In this document: in pieces, positions 50,535 through 64,000 of the stretch | Numbering within the stretch: position 1 is the first letter of the stretch | How the letters are laid out: each line of letters begins with the position of its first letter | Source: Felis catus | Lineage: Eukaryota | Reading direction: 5' to 3' | Assembly: GCF_018350175.1 (NCBI RefSeq) | Contig: NC_058369.1 | Span: 18,354,001 to 18,418,000 of the forward strand | DNA length: 64,000 bases | Made by a program: the position numbers and the translations under genes | Notes under the pieces: generated by a model | Seen by the model: the letters and a program-made list of their open reading frames with translations, nothing else | Databases searched by the model: none | What the model was told of the DNA's origin: nothing

Positions 50535-51180
50535 TTAAGTTTTGGAATAACTTTAGATTTACAGGAAAGTTGCAAAGACAGTTTCTATCTACCCTTCACC
50601 CAGTTTCCCCTAATGTTAACACCTTACATAACTGAGGCATATTTGTCAAAGCTAAGAAACTAATACATGAACTCCAGCCTTTATTTAGACTTCCCCAGTT
50701 TTTCCATTAATGTCTTCTTTCTGTTCCAGGATGTAATCCGGGATACCACACTGTGTTGTAGTCAGAGTGTCTTCACTGGTCTGTGACAGGTTTCAAGTCT
50801 TTCCTTGTTCTTCATGACCTTGACAATCTGGAGTGCTGGCCAGGCATCCTGCAGAACGTGCCCCAGTCTGGGTTTGTCTGACATTTAGTGTATGATTAGA
50901 CTGGGGATGAGGGGCTTTGGTAAGAACACGGTAGAGGTGGAGCACCCTTCTCATTGCTCCCTGTGGGGGTGGAAGGGTCAGCCACATGACGTCACTGGTG
51001 GTGTCACCTTCATCACGTGCTTAAGTGCTGTCAGGCTTCTGCATAGAAATCTGTTTTTCTTTTTCCCTGCTCTGTTCCTTGGAAGGGACTCACTGAGTCT
51101 AGCCTGGCCTCAAGGGGTAGTGATGGGAAACAGAGTGGATTAAGCTCCGCCTTCTCTATGGGAGACAATCCACATCAACA
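50535..51180 (-). mobile_element. Old L1 (L1MB/MC-type) 3'UTR fragment
   Basis: TTTAGATTTACAGGAAAGTTGCAAAGA...CCCTTCACCCAGTTTCCCCTAATGTTAAC motifs. Confidence 0.7.
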
Positions 51181-52751
51181 CTTCATATCTGAACTACACT
51201 GTGTTGAGCCCTGGCTTTTTTGGATCCCAAGTAGACCTCTCTCCATGCACACAGCCGTTCTTCACCTGAGCAGTACAGCTGAGGATGCTGTGAGCATTAT
51301 TTTCATTTGCTCCTGTCCTTTTGGCTAAGGGAGAAGAAACTGGTCCCTAACTCCACAAGCGGTGAGTGCTTATTGAGGGTGCCATTCCCTACAGGGACTG
51401 AATGTCCTCTGGTTAACCTTGTCCTGCCCTCTGCCCCCCGCGGGGCAGTGGTGGTGGCTGCCTTGGCAGGGGAGGCCCATCTCATGAAGTGGCCAGAGGC
51501 TAGTGGTGCCATTTGCTCTGCTAAGGGGTGGGCATGCAGTCTCCACCTGAGAGCTCGCAGGAATCACCAGACCTGTGTCACCAGCTCTGCAGCCTGCCCT
51601 ATGCTGAGGTCTCTAGCCTAAAAGATGGCCTGTCAGAGGGGGGCCCTTGGCCACGGGCCTTCCTTCCCGGTTCTCTGGGTTGTTTGGGCTTTGGGTCTTA
51701 CAACAGCCCCTGTGCCAGCCTCCTCATCCCCATCCTTCCCATATGAGCCCAGAAGGCAGGCACTTCCCTGAGACTCAGTTTCTGGGCATCAAATCTTGCC
51801 CAATAGCTTATGTGTCCCAAAAGAACATCATGGTTTTAAGACATCTGCCAAAATAATTTCTGATGATGTCCTTGTCCTTTCTTTCCAGGAGTGTGGCTAG
51901 TGCCAGCCCTGTTAGGCTTTTGCTGCTATGCTGACCTCAGAGGAGCAGTGGGCTGGCTCCTCCTTCACTCCCTGCCCATCTTGCCCTAGCAGGGTCATTG
52001 CTACAGGGATTCTCTGTGGCCTCCAGGGTCTCCAAGCCTGGAGTGGGATGCATGAAGGTGGGGCATTGGCCCATGGGCAGGACCTATGCTTACCTTTTCA
52101 TCCCATTGCCCTTGGCTGAGGGCCCAGAGGTCTGATGTGCAGAGTGTGGTGGGGAGGCCTCATGGGAATGTCCTGTCGGGAGGGGACCAGCCTCTCCAAC
52201 ATAACCATGAGGTCTCTGTAGAGGCCTTCAAGCTGAACAGGGGCAGGGCTGGGGGGCACTGATGAGAGGTTGGTCTAGACAGAAGGAGAGCATGGAGCCC
52301 ATGCAGAGAACAGGCAGCCCTGTGTGGAAAGTGTGCAAGGGTGGCAGAGGGCCTGGGGCCACAAGTCTGTGTAGGCTGTGCTGGCCTGAGGGCTGGTCCC
52401 AGGGGATGCTCAAAGCTCACCCTGGTTGTGGCCCCAGTACTTACTTATTCAGGGGCCCATGGGAAAATAATACCAGGAGACACAGCAGAGGCCCACAACC
52501 CATACCCGCCTTGGGTACCGGATGTATTCAACGTCAATCAAAGACACATTTGAGATGTCAAGAAAAGTGAAAAACAAGTCAACAGTAAGAAACATTTCAA
52601 AGCAACAGAAAAAAAAAAGGGGGGCTTTCAGATCAAAAAGGGACACAACTAGAAGTTAAAGAGGGTGTGGTAACCCAGATTCTGCCAGCCCACAGTGACA
52701 CTGATCACTGCCTGAGAGACAGCCTCCTGCTGGAAAGAACCAAAGCCGTCC

Positions 52752-53018
<267 letters not shown>

Positions 53019-54016
53019 TTAAAAATAAGAACATCCAGCATTACAATTCCAGTGAGAGGCTCCCAAAGCCATTTCAGGCACAAGTTAAAAGCCACAAATG
53101 GGCACTCACTCTTCAGGGACTGTGCCAAGCCTGGCATTCCCGCCCTGAGGTGGGCAGGCTGCTACAGTAGGTGCCTAATTTTTAGATGGTCTCGATGCCC
53201 TCCCTCCCAGCTCCACATTTATTAAGCCCAACTACCTGCCAGTCCCCAAGGAAGGTGTAAGTGGGAGGACACAGAGATGCACAGGCTTGTCTTGGATCTC
53301 AGGGAACTCCCTGACCTGCAGGCATGACCAGACATAGTGTGAAAAAAATGCGAGTCTTTTGGGGAATCCAAATGCTTCCCGGGGCTGGCAAGGGTGTGAA
53401 AGATGGGGAGCCGAGGCAGGTGACTTCAGCTCCCCTCCTGGGACTACTGGAGGAGACTCTGTCCTCTCACATAGTGGGCTGGCAGGGGTCTTGCTCTTTG
53501 GCCTAAAGTGGGTATCCTCCCACCGGGCCTCCCTTTCATCCCCACAACCTGGAGACCCTTCCAGAGACAAGAGCTTCAGGCAGCCCCCAAGGCTATGCAT
53601 GCCTTAATTAGGGGCTGTTGGTCCACTGTGCAGTGTCAGTCATTTAGAAATAGAACATACCAAAATAAATAAATTAGGTCATGCACAGTTCACACAATGT
53701 ACAGATGTGTGTGTAGAAAAAAAACCTCTGACCGGATGTATAGCACTATGTTAACAGTAGCTTTCTTTGGGTACTGGAATTACAGGGGAGCTTTGGAGAT
53801 CTTTCCTTCTAATCTTATGTTATCTACCCACTCCACCCTGACCCATCTTTGCCTATGTTCTTGTCTCCAGATCTAAGCTCAACCACCAAGTCCTGGGGAG
53901 CCACTGTCCCTTCTGTCCAGGGTTTCACTGTAACCAGACATTTATGAAATGACCCATCAGGCTATCGGCTCCATGAGGGCTCTATGCATAGAGCCTGCCC
54001 TGGCAAAACAAATCTA

Positions 54017-54379
<363 letters not shown>

Positions 54380-55170
54380 TCAGTGTTAGATAATCTTAAA
54401 AACAAAAATACACTGGCAACCTTAAATCAGCTCCTGTGCTATGTATACAGGACAACTGGAAACTGCTAAATCAGTGAAGTTGACTAATAACAACATCCTA
54501 ATGACTCACAGGCATCACAGATAGTGCATTAATGAGTATGAATGCCCATATAACATTTGTAGAATTGAATCAACTAAATGGCTTCTTCTTTCTCTGCCTC
54601 CATGGAAGCCAAGATGGCAGGACCCTGAAGTTTCATCCCATATGGTCATCCTTTCTCCAAAGCAAGGTACCTAAAACCAGGCAGTTTAAACCTACCAGGG
54701 AGAAGGGTGCCTGACTGGCTCAGTCAGAAGAGCATGTGACTCTTGGTCTCAGGGTGGTGAGTTCAAACCCCACGTTGGGTGTAGAGATTACTTAAATAAA
54801 TAAACTTTAAAACTACCAGGGAGAAAAAAAGGTCTAGGGGACATCTTAACCCAGTGATGGCCTAAAAAACCGGTGGGGTGGGGTGGGGTGTGGGTGAAGG
54901 GAGCAAAAACAAGGATGAAGGCAGGAAGTATCCATTCAGCCTGTCCCTAGTATGGACATTGTTTCTGCAGCATAAAAAATAAAGCATTTTAGAAATCAGG
55001 TTCTCTAACATTCACTATCCCTGTGGGACCTGCAAGGCAGTTTCTAGGACTAGTCTGATGGTCCTAGAGGGGAGGCAAGGCAGTGCTACAAATTCGATTT
55101 AGGGACTTCAGACATTTTCAGAAATGCGATCCCCCTAACTGTAACTTTTTACACTGGCAAACTGGAATCA

Positions 55171-56270
<1,100 letters not shown>

Positions 56271-57063
56271 TTCTTACCAAAGTTGGCAAGAAGGGAAAGG
56301 TTCCTGTTCTCCAGCTGACATGGAGAGAAACCGGATGGGCCACCGTACCCAGCAGTTTTGTGAACCGACTTCTTTTAAGTGAGATCTAATAAAAGCTCCA
56401 CACCGTATCCAACGGTCTCAATTCATCAAGGATGGTGAGGGACATAACAGAACTGCTAGGTTCCACACGAGATTGCAGGGCAGGAGACCCCAACACCAAT
56501 TCTTTTCATTTCATTAGGGGGAAGAAAGATGGAAATTCCAAGATGGCTCAAAGGGACACAGAAACGGGCTTCAGTGGCTAATTTTGAGGGAATTACAAAC
56601 CCATCTCAGTGCACAGCAAGGGAGAAGGGGACAGTATCAAGTGAACTTGAGGCTTGGTTTACTGCGGGCAGACTGCTGGGGTGACCACTAATCAGCACCA
56701 GAATAAGAAATCCAGGAGCTCAGGGCAGCCTCCTGCATGTCTGTCTTCACGGCCACCATACTCCATTACTGTTCCTCTCCATTCTTTGGAATTCACAGGA
56801 CTTACTCCACTGTGCACCCCCCACCCCCTACTTTGCAGCTCCACAGGCCTTACAAGAAATTTCTCACCACCTGCATAAAAAGAAAAATAATTCAGCCTCT
56901 TGACATAACCCTTCTGAGCAAACAGGGTCTTTTTTTTTTTCCTTCTGCTCATAAAAGGGAATTTCCTCATCTGGTTTTTAGACTAGAAGTCTCCAGAGTG
57001 TCAAAGCTGTTCTCCTGGGGGATTACACTGGTGCTGTGGGGTGGCAGAGTCACGGAGACAGCA

Positions 57064-57225
57064 TCAGTTGGTGTCCATGCTGCAAGCCTCATCGTCCCCC
57101 ATGCCCTGCTGTGAGCTGCTTGGGCTCGTCCCTCCCTCAGAGGATCCAGAAAAACTGATGAGTGAAGGTGTCTTATAAAATTCATCATCTCGACGTTGGT
57201 AAAATAGCACGTAAGCTGCTTTTGT
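57064..57225 (-). CDS. USP4: USP4 last exon ([18 protein letters not shown]...DEACSMDTN*)
   Basis: TTTTAG acceptor, 162 nt to TGA; USP AYVLFY motif and USP4-specific tail. Confidence 0.97.
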   Translation of the reverse strand, partial: TKAAYVLFYQRRDDEFYKTPSLISFSGSSEGGTSPSSSQQGMGDDEACSMDTN

Positions 57226-57586
57226 CTAAAACACAAGAGGGGAAAAGTTCATTCACTGGTTGGAATTACCACCCATTCTCCCCAGCTTTTCTCTCACTGT
57301 TCAAAACCCACTCTCAGGCATCTGCCATTGTGCCCTATGCATCCATGCACAGAGGCAACCATGAAGGTGACTGTGCCCAGAGTGGGGAAAGGCCAGTGCC
57401 CTATGATAGAACCCAGACGAGAGTCCAGCTTCTCATTTAGGAAGCGTCCCAGAAGGAATGGCAGTCAATTCTTTCTCCACCACACCCAGCTCCCACTGTC
57501 ACATCAGGATGACCAAATAACCAACCAGCCCAGGAGACTCTACCCATAAAGGTAAGATGAGGAACCAAGTATTAGAGCCTACTCAC

Positions 57587-57675
57587 CACTATCTGATCCT
57601 CGGAGGCCAGGGACACATTGCTATCATCAAAATAATACCATTTCCCGTTCAGTTTGTTCTTCGCGTATGCGGTGT
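57587..57675 (-). CDS. USP4: USP4 exon ([30 protein letters not shown])
   Basis: AG/GT-bounded 89 nt; catalytic Asp box WYYFDD. Confidence 0.97.
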
Positions 57676-57771
57676 CTGCCAAGTCAACAAGAAAATACCT
57701 CTAGCAATCACCAGAGAACTAATCTGGCTAGTTTATTGCACTGAACAATAAAACTCTAAAAAAATGAAACA

Positions 57772-58090
57772 ATGTTCTCACTCATATGTGGAATTTAAGA
57801 AACTTAACAGAAGACCATGGGGGAAGGGAAGGAAAAAATAAGTTACAGAGAGAGGCAAGCCGTAAGAGACTCTTAAATATAAACAACAAACTGAGGGTTG
57901 ATGGGGTGTGTGGGGGGGGGGGGGAAGGGAGGGAAAGTGGGTGATGGGCATCAAGGAGGGCACTTGTTGGGATGAGCACTGGGTGTTGTATGTAAGTGAT
58001 GAATCATGGGAATCTATCCCCGAAACCGAGAGCACACTGTATACTCTGTATGTTAGCTAACTTGACAATAAATTGTATTTAAAAAAAATG
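57772..58090 (+). mobile_element. Carnivore L1 3' end
   Basis: ATGTTCTCACTCATATGTGGAATTTAAGAAAC...G-rich tract...A tail; flanking AAAAAAATGAA repeat. Confidence 0.85.
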
Positions 58091-58237
58091 AATAAAACAA
58101 AACAAAGACCCTGAAATTAAATTTATAGGTAACAACCAAAAGTCAACTACTTTTTTTGAAATCTATTCTTTCTCAAAAAGGCTCTGAAAGGGTAAAAACG
58201 GAGTCATCAGGGACCAAGGCTTTAAACTGTAATTTTG

Positions 58238-58675
58238 GAGGGTATCTGGGTGGCTCAGTTGGTTAAGCTTCTGACTTCAGCTCAGGTCATGATGGGTTCA
58301 AGCCCTGCATCAGGCTGAGTGTGGACAGCTCAAGAGCCTAGAGCCTGCTTCTGTCTGTTTGTCTATCTGTCTCTCCTCCACCCCGCCCCCTCCCCACACT
58401 ACTTGTACTCTCTCTCAAAATTAAAACATTAAGCAATTTTTTATTAAAAAAAATAATAATAGGGGTGCCTGGGTGGCTCAGTCAGTTAAGCATCTGACTT
58501 CGGCTCAGGTCATGATCTCATGGTTCACGAGTTTGAGTCCCATGTCGGGCCCTTTGCTGACAGCTCACAGCCTGGAGCCTGCTTTAGATTCTGTGTCTCC
58601 CTCTCTCTTTGCCCCTCTCCGCCTCATGCTTTGTCTCTCAAAAATAAATAAATGTAAAAAAAAAAAAAAAATTTT
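58238..58675 (+). mobile_element. Two tandem SINECs
   Basis: SINE bodies with a flanking TTTAAA(C)CTGTAATTT duplication. Confidence 0.85.
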
Positions 58676-59539
58676 TTTTTAAACCTGTAATTTGGGGAAA
58701 CTAATCCAAAAAAATAGAGAAACCCAGTATTAATCTTCAGGATGGCTGTTAAACCATAGCCAAGGGACCCATAAAAGAAGCTGATACTTTTAAGATTTAA
58801 GCAAAAATCGCTCTCCCCCACTTGGTTCAGGGAGATGGCTACTACTGCCTCTTCCGGCCTCTTAGAGCCTCTGGGGTAATCCCAGTGAGGGACACTGGGT
58901 TTGCAGAGCTGGGATGTGGACAAGATGACTCACAGTTTCAGAGAAAGATCAATCTGAGTCCAAGTTGGTGGCTGGATAACAATGCCTCACGGTGATCTAA
59001 GCATTTACCACAGCCAACACTTCCTGTCTTGATTTTATACTATTCCCCAGCAGGATGTGTTTACAACAGCAATCCCAGCAGCAATGACCAATTCCCAGAC
59101 TCTATGAAATGACAGACTCTAACGGAGGACTGGTTACTAGTCTCCAACTGCCGCGTGACTTTGGGCCAGCCGTTTAGCTACTCCTTATCAGAGTGCCTGC
59201 ACAAAGTGGGGGCAAAGAACATAAGGAAAAGGTGCCGAGGGCCTGTTCCCACTGTCCATGCTTGGCGTAACAGCAACAATGGTGGTTCTCGATCCTGGAG
59301 TTCCAACTGTGGACCCAATGTGGGTTCACACACCACCAGCCTGAGCTTATGGATGAGAACACTGAAGGATACGGAGGCTAAGAAAGTTGCTCAAGTGGTA
59401 TGTTTATATACTAAAATAGCACTTAAAAGTATCATTTTTTTAAGGTAAATTCATTTGACATTTATGAACACAGATACCAAAATTAGTTTGGGGAGGAAAA
59501 AAGTTGCAGGAAGTGTTGCAGGGTATGATGTGATCAGAG

Positions 59540-59960
59540 GTCACCGATAGCCATTCCAGTCAACCCCAATTTTCAAACAGGCGCGGTTTTTATTTCCCAG
59601 CCTCTCCTACAGCTAGATGTAGCCATGTGCCCAGTTATAGCCAATGAGATGTACGTAGAGGAGTTAAGGGAGATTTCTGGGAAGCTGGCTTAAAGGGGAA
59701 GGTTGTGCCCCTTTTCCTCTTCTTCTGATGGCCTGGAATGTAGACATGAGGGCTGGACACTGAGCAGCCGTCCCAGCCATGAGGTTATACAGTAAAAAAG
59801 GAGGGGCAGGAAAGCAGACTGTTGGACCAACAGAAAAAGCTTACCCGTACAGGGGAGAAGACTGGGGCTTAGGGCAGTTCTGTAATCTGCTGTGAATATA
59901 AAAGGAACTGATATCTCCCATGGTGTCATCTCTAGGGTCCTAACGTTGGGTGTAGTGGCA
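59540..59960. mobile_element. MaLR (MLT1-type) relic
   Basis: TTCCCAGCCTCTCCTACAGCTAGATGTAGCCATGTG...GCCAATGAGATGTA motif. Confidence 0.55.
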
Positions 59961-60605
59961 GTTGGCATGGTGCAGATGCAGCAGAAACAGGAGGAAACCC
60001 AGCTCTTGACTTCAACATCACTAACACCCTTCCACAAACAACAAAATATAAGTCTTTTCATTATAAAAGTAAACCTACACATTCCAGACATTTTGGAAAA
60101 TAAAGTAGAGCAAAGGGAAGGTTTCCTCGTTTTGCTTTAACGTAATTGTGGCACTAGTTCCTGCAATGACGCAGGCTGAACACATCACAGGCATTTCCCC
60201 GTGATCATTAATTTTATTTTGCAACGGCTGTACACTCTTCCATCAAGTGTGTGGACAGCAGTGCCAACTGTGGGTCAGCAATCCTGATACGAATTTTTCA
60301 CTGTTATAAACAGGTGAATATCTTTGTGCATAAAGCTTTTTCCCAATGTCAAGTACTTTCCTCAGGATAGATTCCCAGAGGTGGGATTATCGGATTCAAG
60401 AATACAAAGACAAAAAAAGAAAAAGAAAAAAAAAGACAGAATGGAGAAGCAGCAGTTTGGACCAAACCTGAAACCTTGACACTGGAGGCGTGAGGTGCTG
60501 TGTAAATAAAGTACTTAGGGCAGTGCGTGGCACACAGGAAGAGGCTGGTGAGAGACTGGCTGAGGGCATTTCAACATCTCGGAGGAAGCAGATGCCAGTA
60601 CTTAC

Positions 60606-60709
60606 AGTGGCCAACCCCCATGGCTCCATAATGATTAGACACGGCAATGAGGTCGTACACATAAGGCCTTGCTGACAGGTCACACACAAACTCGGACATG
60701 TTCAGAGCT
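60606..60709 (-). CDS. USP4: USP4 exon ([34 protein letters not shown])
   Basis: AG/GT-bounded 104 nt; His box. Confidence 0.97.
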
Positions 60710-61713
60710 CTGAGCACAAAACACAAAAATGGCCTTTAATACATTAAACTCAGAGAAAGAAGTCAGAGTAACCCAGCAATCCCTTTTATGCAACAGGCTA
60801 AAACATAGGAAAGCACTCAAAAACTAACTGCAGAAGGAAGGAAGTGAACAACAGGCCACAGCGGCAGGGGACCCAGGGTCTTGTTCTGAGCACCAAGATG
60901 TTCAGGCTGGAGAGAAGTCGCCTGGCTAACTCTGGCCCCAGACCAGGCGAGGAAGGGCTCTATGCACAGACGGGAGGGCTGCAGCAACTATGTAGAAATG
61001 GCTGTCAGTATCCAAATTCTAGCTGGTGCCATAAAAATTTAAGCTAAATGCCAAAACAGGTCCCAGAAAACTTTTCCCCCCAATATTTTATTTTGAAAAT
61101 TTCAAACATAAAGAAAAGTTGAACGAACTTTACAACAAATACTCATGCAGCTACCACCTAGGTTCTCCCACTGACACGTCTATACTTCATTGTCTATCTA
61201 CCTCTAGTCCCACTACCTGGGAAACACTCTAAAATCTGCATTTTGTGGACAAACTCTTATTTGGTTGACTTATTTTCCTGCGTCAGTTATGCTCTGCATC
61301 CTGGGACCTGAGGACACTAGTACACAGCCAGTCCCACTCTCTACCCGGGGACAGGACAGGACAGGAGGCTCTGCGTCCCCACCTGCAGCCCAATTCTCCT
61401 CAGCAGACTATGCTCCAGTTACTTTGTAGCCCTGTTAACGAGACTCGGCCCTGCATTTGTGCTGTCCAGCTTAGCCCAGGCTCCCTGGGACCAATGACGG
61501 ATGAGATGACCAGTTCAGTCAGGTGGCAGCAATGATCAGCATCAACCTGAACCTGGGAAGGGCTTTTGTTGGAGAATCTTTTCCCCAAACGCGGGAGGAT
61601 GGGGAGAGGGGGTGAGCCAAAGTCTAAGGGCCCAGACCCAAGCAAACATCCTAATGCAGAAAAGTCTTTGGTGGCAAAACCCTTAGCCAATCAGTGCCTA
61701 GGTTTCTCGCCTA

Positions 61714-61995
<282 letters not shown>

Positions 61996-62039
61996 CTAAT
62001 GTCTTTTCTTGCACTCAGCACGGGCTGCTTCAGTGCAGC

Positions 62040-62044
62040 GTGTG

Positions 62045-62087
<43 letters not shown>
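62040..62087. repeat. (TG)n microsatellite in a USP4 intron
   Basis: Direct observation. Confidence 0.95.
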
Positions 62088-62088
<1 letters not shown>

Positions 62089-62298
62089 TAAGCCACCTTC
62101 CTAAATAGGAAGATGGCTTTCTCAGTCTGGAAAACACAATTTGCACAGAGAGACTGTGACATAGGGACAGCCACGTCACAGCCATGTGATAAGAAGTGAC
62201 ACATCTCCTCCCAAAAGGGTTTTTTGTGTACAGATGGCCCCAGCAGATCTCAGTCCAGGGTGCACGGGTGTCCCTGCCCAGACTGGGGTGCCACGTAC

Positions 62299-62417
62299 CA
62301 GGGGTCATGCTCCCCAAGGGTCTCCATGGTGGTGAAGAGCTCGATGCAGTCTCTCAGCGCCACCGCGGTCTTCTTCTTCTTCTGAGGCTGCAACATGCTC
62401 ACGTGCTTCTCATAGGC
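62299..62417 (-). CDS. USP4: USP4 exon ([39 protein letters not shown])
   Basis: AG/GT-bounded 119 nt; basic QPQKKKK NLS-like motif. Confidence 0.97.
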
Positions 62418-62679
62418 CTGTGGGGGACAACGTGTGGACTTCTGTTGGGAAATAAGAGTCCTAACCCCATTAAGCCACAACCTCCCAAGCTCTCATCCCT
62501 GGAATATAATGCACTTTCTGGAGCCTCTGAACATATAATGACAAAATCTTTAAGTGCTTTCCATTCTCCATCTGAAGTAGAATTTGTCAAATTGCTGGGG
62601 AACCGGGGTGAGTGACCTGAATACACAGCCAGAGCAAAAGCCAGCATGTACCACTGACCAGGAGTCCCCAGTCACCTAC

Positions 62680-62750
62680 CTCAGATTCTTGCTCATCATA
62701 ATAAAGGCTCCGGGTCTCACTGTCCCAATCGATGGCCAGTGTGGATCGAG
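62680..62750 (-). CDS. USP4: USP4 exon ([23 protein letters not shown]); upstream exons are outside the window
   Basis: AG/GT-bounded 71 nt, in phase with the next exon. Confidence 0.95.
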
Positions 62751-63164
62751 CTGTGGAGGAGGACCAACGTGTCACTTATAACTGAATAGCCAGCAACAGG
62801 AGAGGCTCTTCAGGTGACAGGAGTGACAAGAAAACACTCAGGCTTCATCATCAACACCTGCTCACCTATCACCAGCCACTGCCAAGAGCAATGCTTTGCC
62901 TTGAGCCAGCCTACTCTGAACCCCGGGACCCCCAAAACCTTTGGCAAAGATTTCCTCAATGTCACAGTAAGTTCCAAAGGCTCTAACTATATAAGGATAC
63001 TGAAAGAACATAGATCAAGATGAAGTTACAGCAACCAGATTTACCCTCCCACCTTAACCCATGAGAAAACCTGACAAAATAATAAAGTGGTTTTGAAATG
63101 AGGGATATTAGGCGGAGCAAGCGTGCTATCCCCAAGGGGAGAAAAACAAAAAAGGTGATGCCTA

Positions 63165-63395
63165 GGGGCCCCTGGGTGGCTCAGTTGGTTAAGCGTCCGA
63201 CTTCGGCTCAGGTCATGATCTCACGGTTCGGGAGTTCGAGCCCCACGTTGGGCCCTTTGCTGACAGCTCAGAGCCTGGAGCCTGCTTCGGATTCTGTGTC
63301 TCCCTGTCTCTGCCCCTCCCCTGGTTGCTCTCTCTCTCTCTCTTTCTCTCTCTCAAAAATAAACAAACATTAGAGAAAAAATTTTAAAAAAAGGA
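63165..63395 (+). mobile_element. SINEC within a probable old L1 5' fragment
   Basis: SINE consensus match. Confidence 0.85.
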
Positions 63396-64000
63396 AAAAG
63401 ATGATCCCTACACTGCCCAGCTCACTGCCCGCACTTTCCAGGCCACAGCTTGCGAGAGAGGGGGAAGGAGACGGAAAGATTGAAGAGGAGAGTCAAAGAC
63501 TAGAATTCAAGAAGCTGGCTAGAATATGCAAGGCCTTGTACAAGAGGAGGCGGCCACACAGAGAGGAAGGAGCTGCAGGGACACAGAGAGAGAGATAGAC
63601 ACAGAGACCCAGAAACACATTGGTAAAGCTGTTCTTGAAACCAATTTTTTAAAGAAATGTAACAAAAAAGAAAGAGCGAAAGGACAGTGTGCTCATTTCT
63701 TTGCCAATGAAGGAGACACGGAGATGCTTCTAGGCAGGGGTCTTCACCGTCCTCTTGTGCTCTCCGTACATCCCGTGTAGGTGCCTCTTCTGTCTGCACA
63801 TCAGCCCCTATTACAGGCTCCAGCTAACAAACAGCCTACACAACCCATGACCATGGGTCACATTTCATGAGTAGTCTTATGGAACAAAAGAAATCAGCAT
63901 TTAGCCAGCCTCATTAAGTGACATGGCTCTGGCAAAATGCTACCAGAGGTACGAGAAGTGTTAGCAACCCAGAGCGAAGGTCCTGAGGGTGGTGGCAGTG

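Overview
Mammalian genomic DNA, almost certainly felid, because it is densely seeded with cat-type carnivore tRNA-derived SINEs and L1 3' ends. The gene order matches the human 3p21.31 block. Splice sites and reading-frame phases were traced by hand for four protein-coding genes: the first two coding exons of C3orf84/CIMIP7 (-); the complete CDS of the meiotic DSB factor IHO1/CCDC36 (+; 7 coding exons, 1776 nt, 591 aa); the complete CDS of C3orf62 (-; 3 exons, 813 nt, 270 aa); and the last six exons of USP4 (-). Gene identities come from my recall of the human proteins, not from a database search. The rest is introns and intergenic DNA: roughly 60 SINE copies, L1/L2/MaLR/DNA-transposon relics, a solo LTR, a full-length U6 retrocopy and microsatellites. 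Most ORFs in the supplied track are SINE or L1 artefacts. I found no convincing new biological system. The best leads are an open, partly hydrophobic N-terminal extension of C3orf62, germline and ciliary promoter motifs, a CPE plus hairpin at the IHO1 polyA site, and several reconstructable retrotransposon events.
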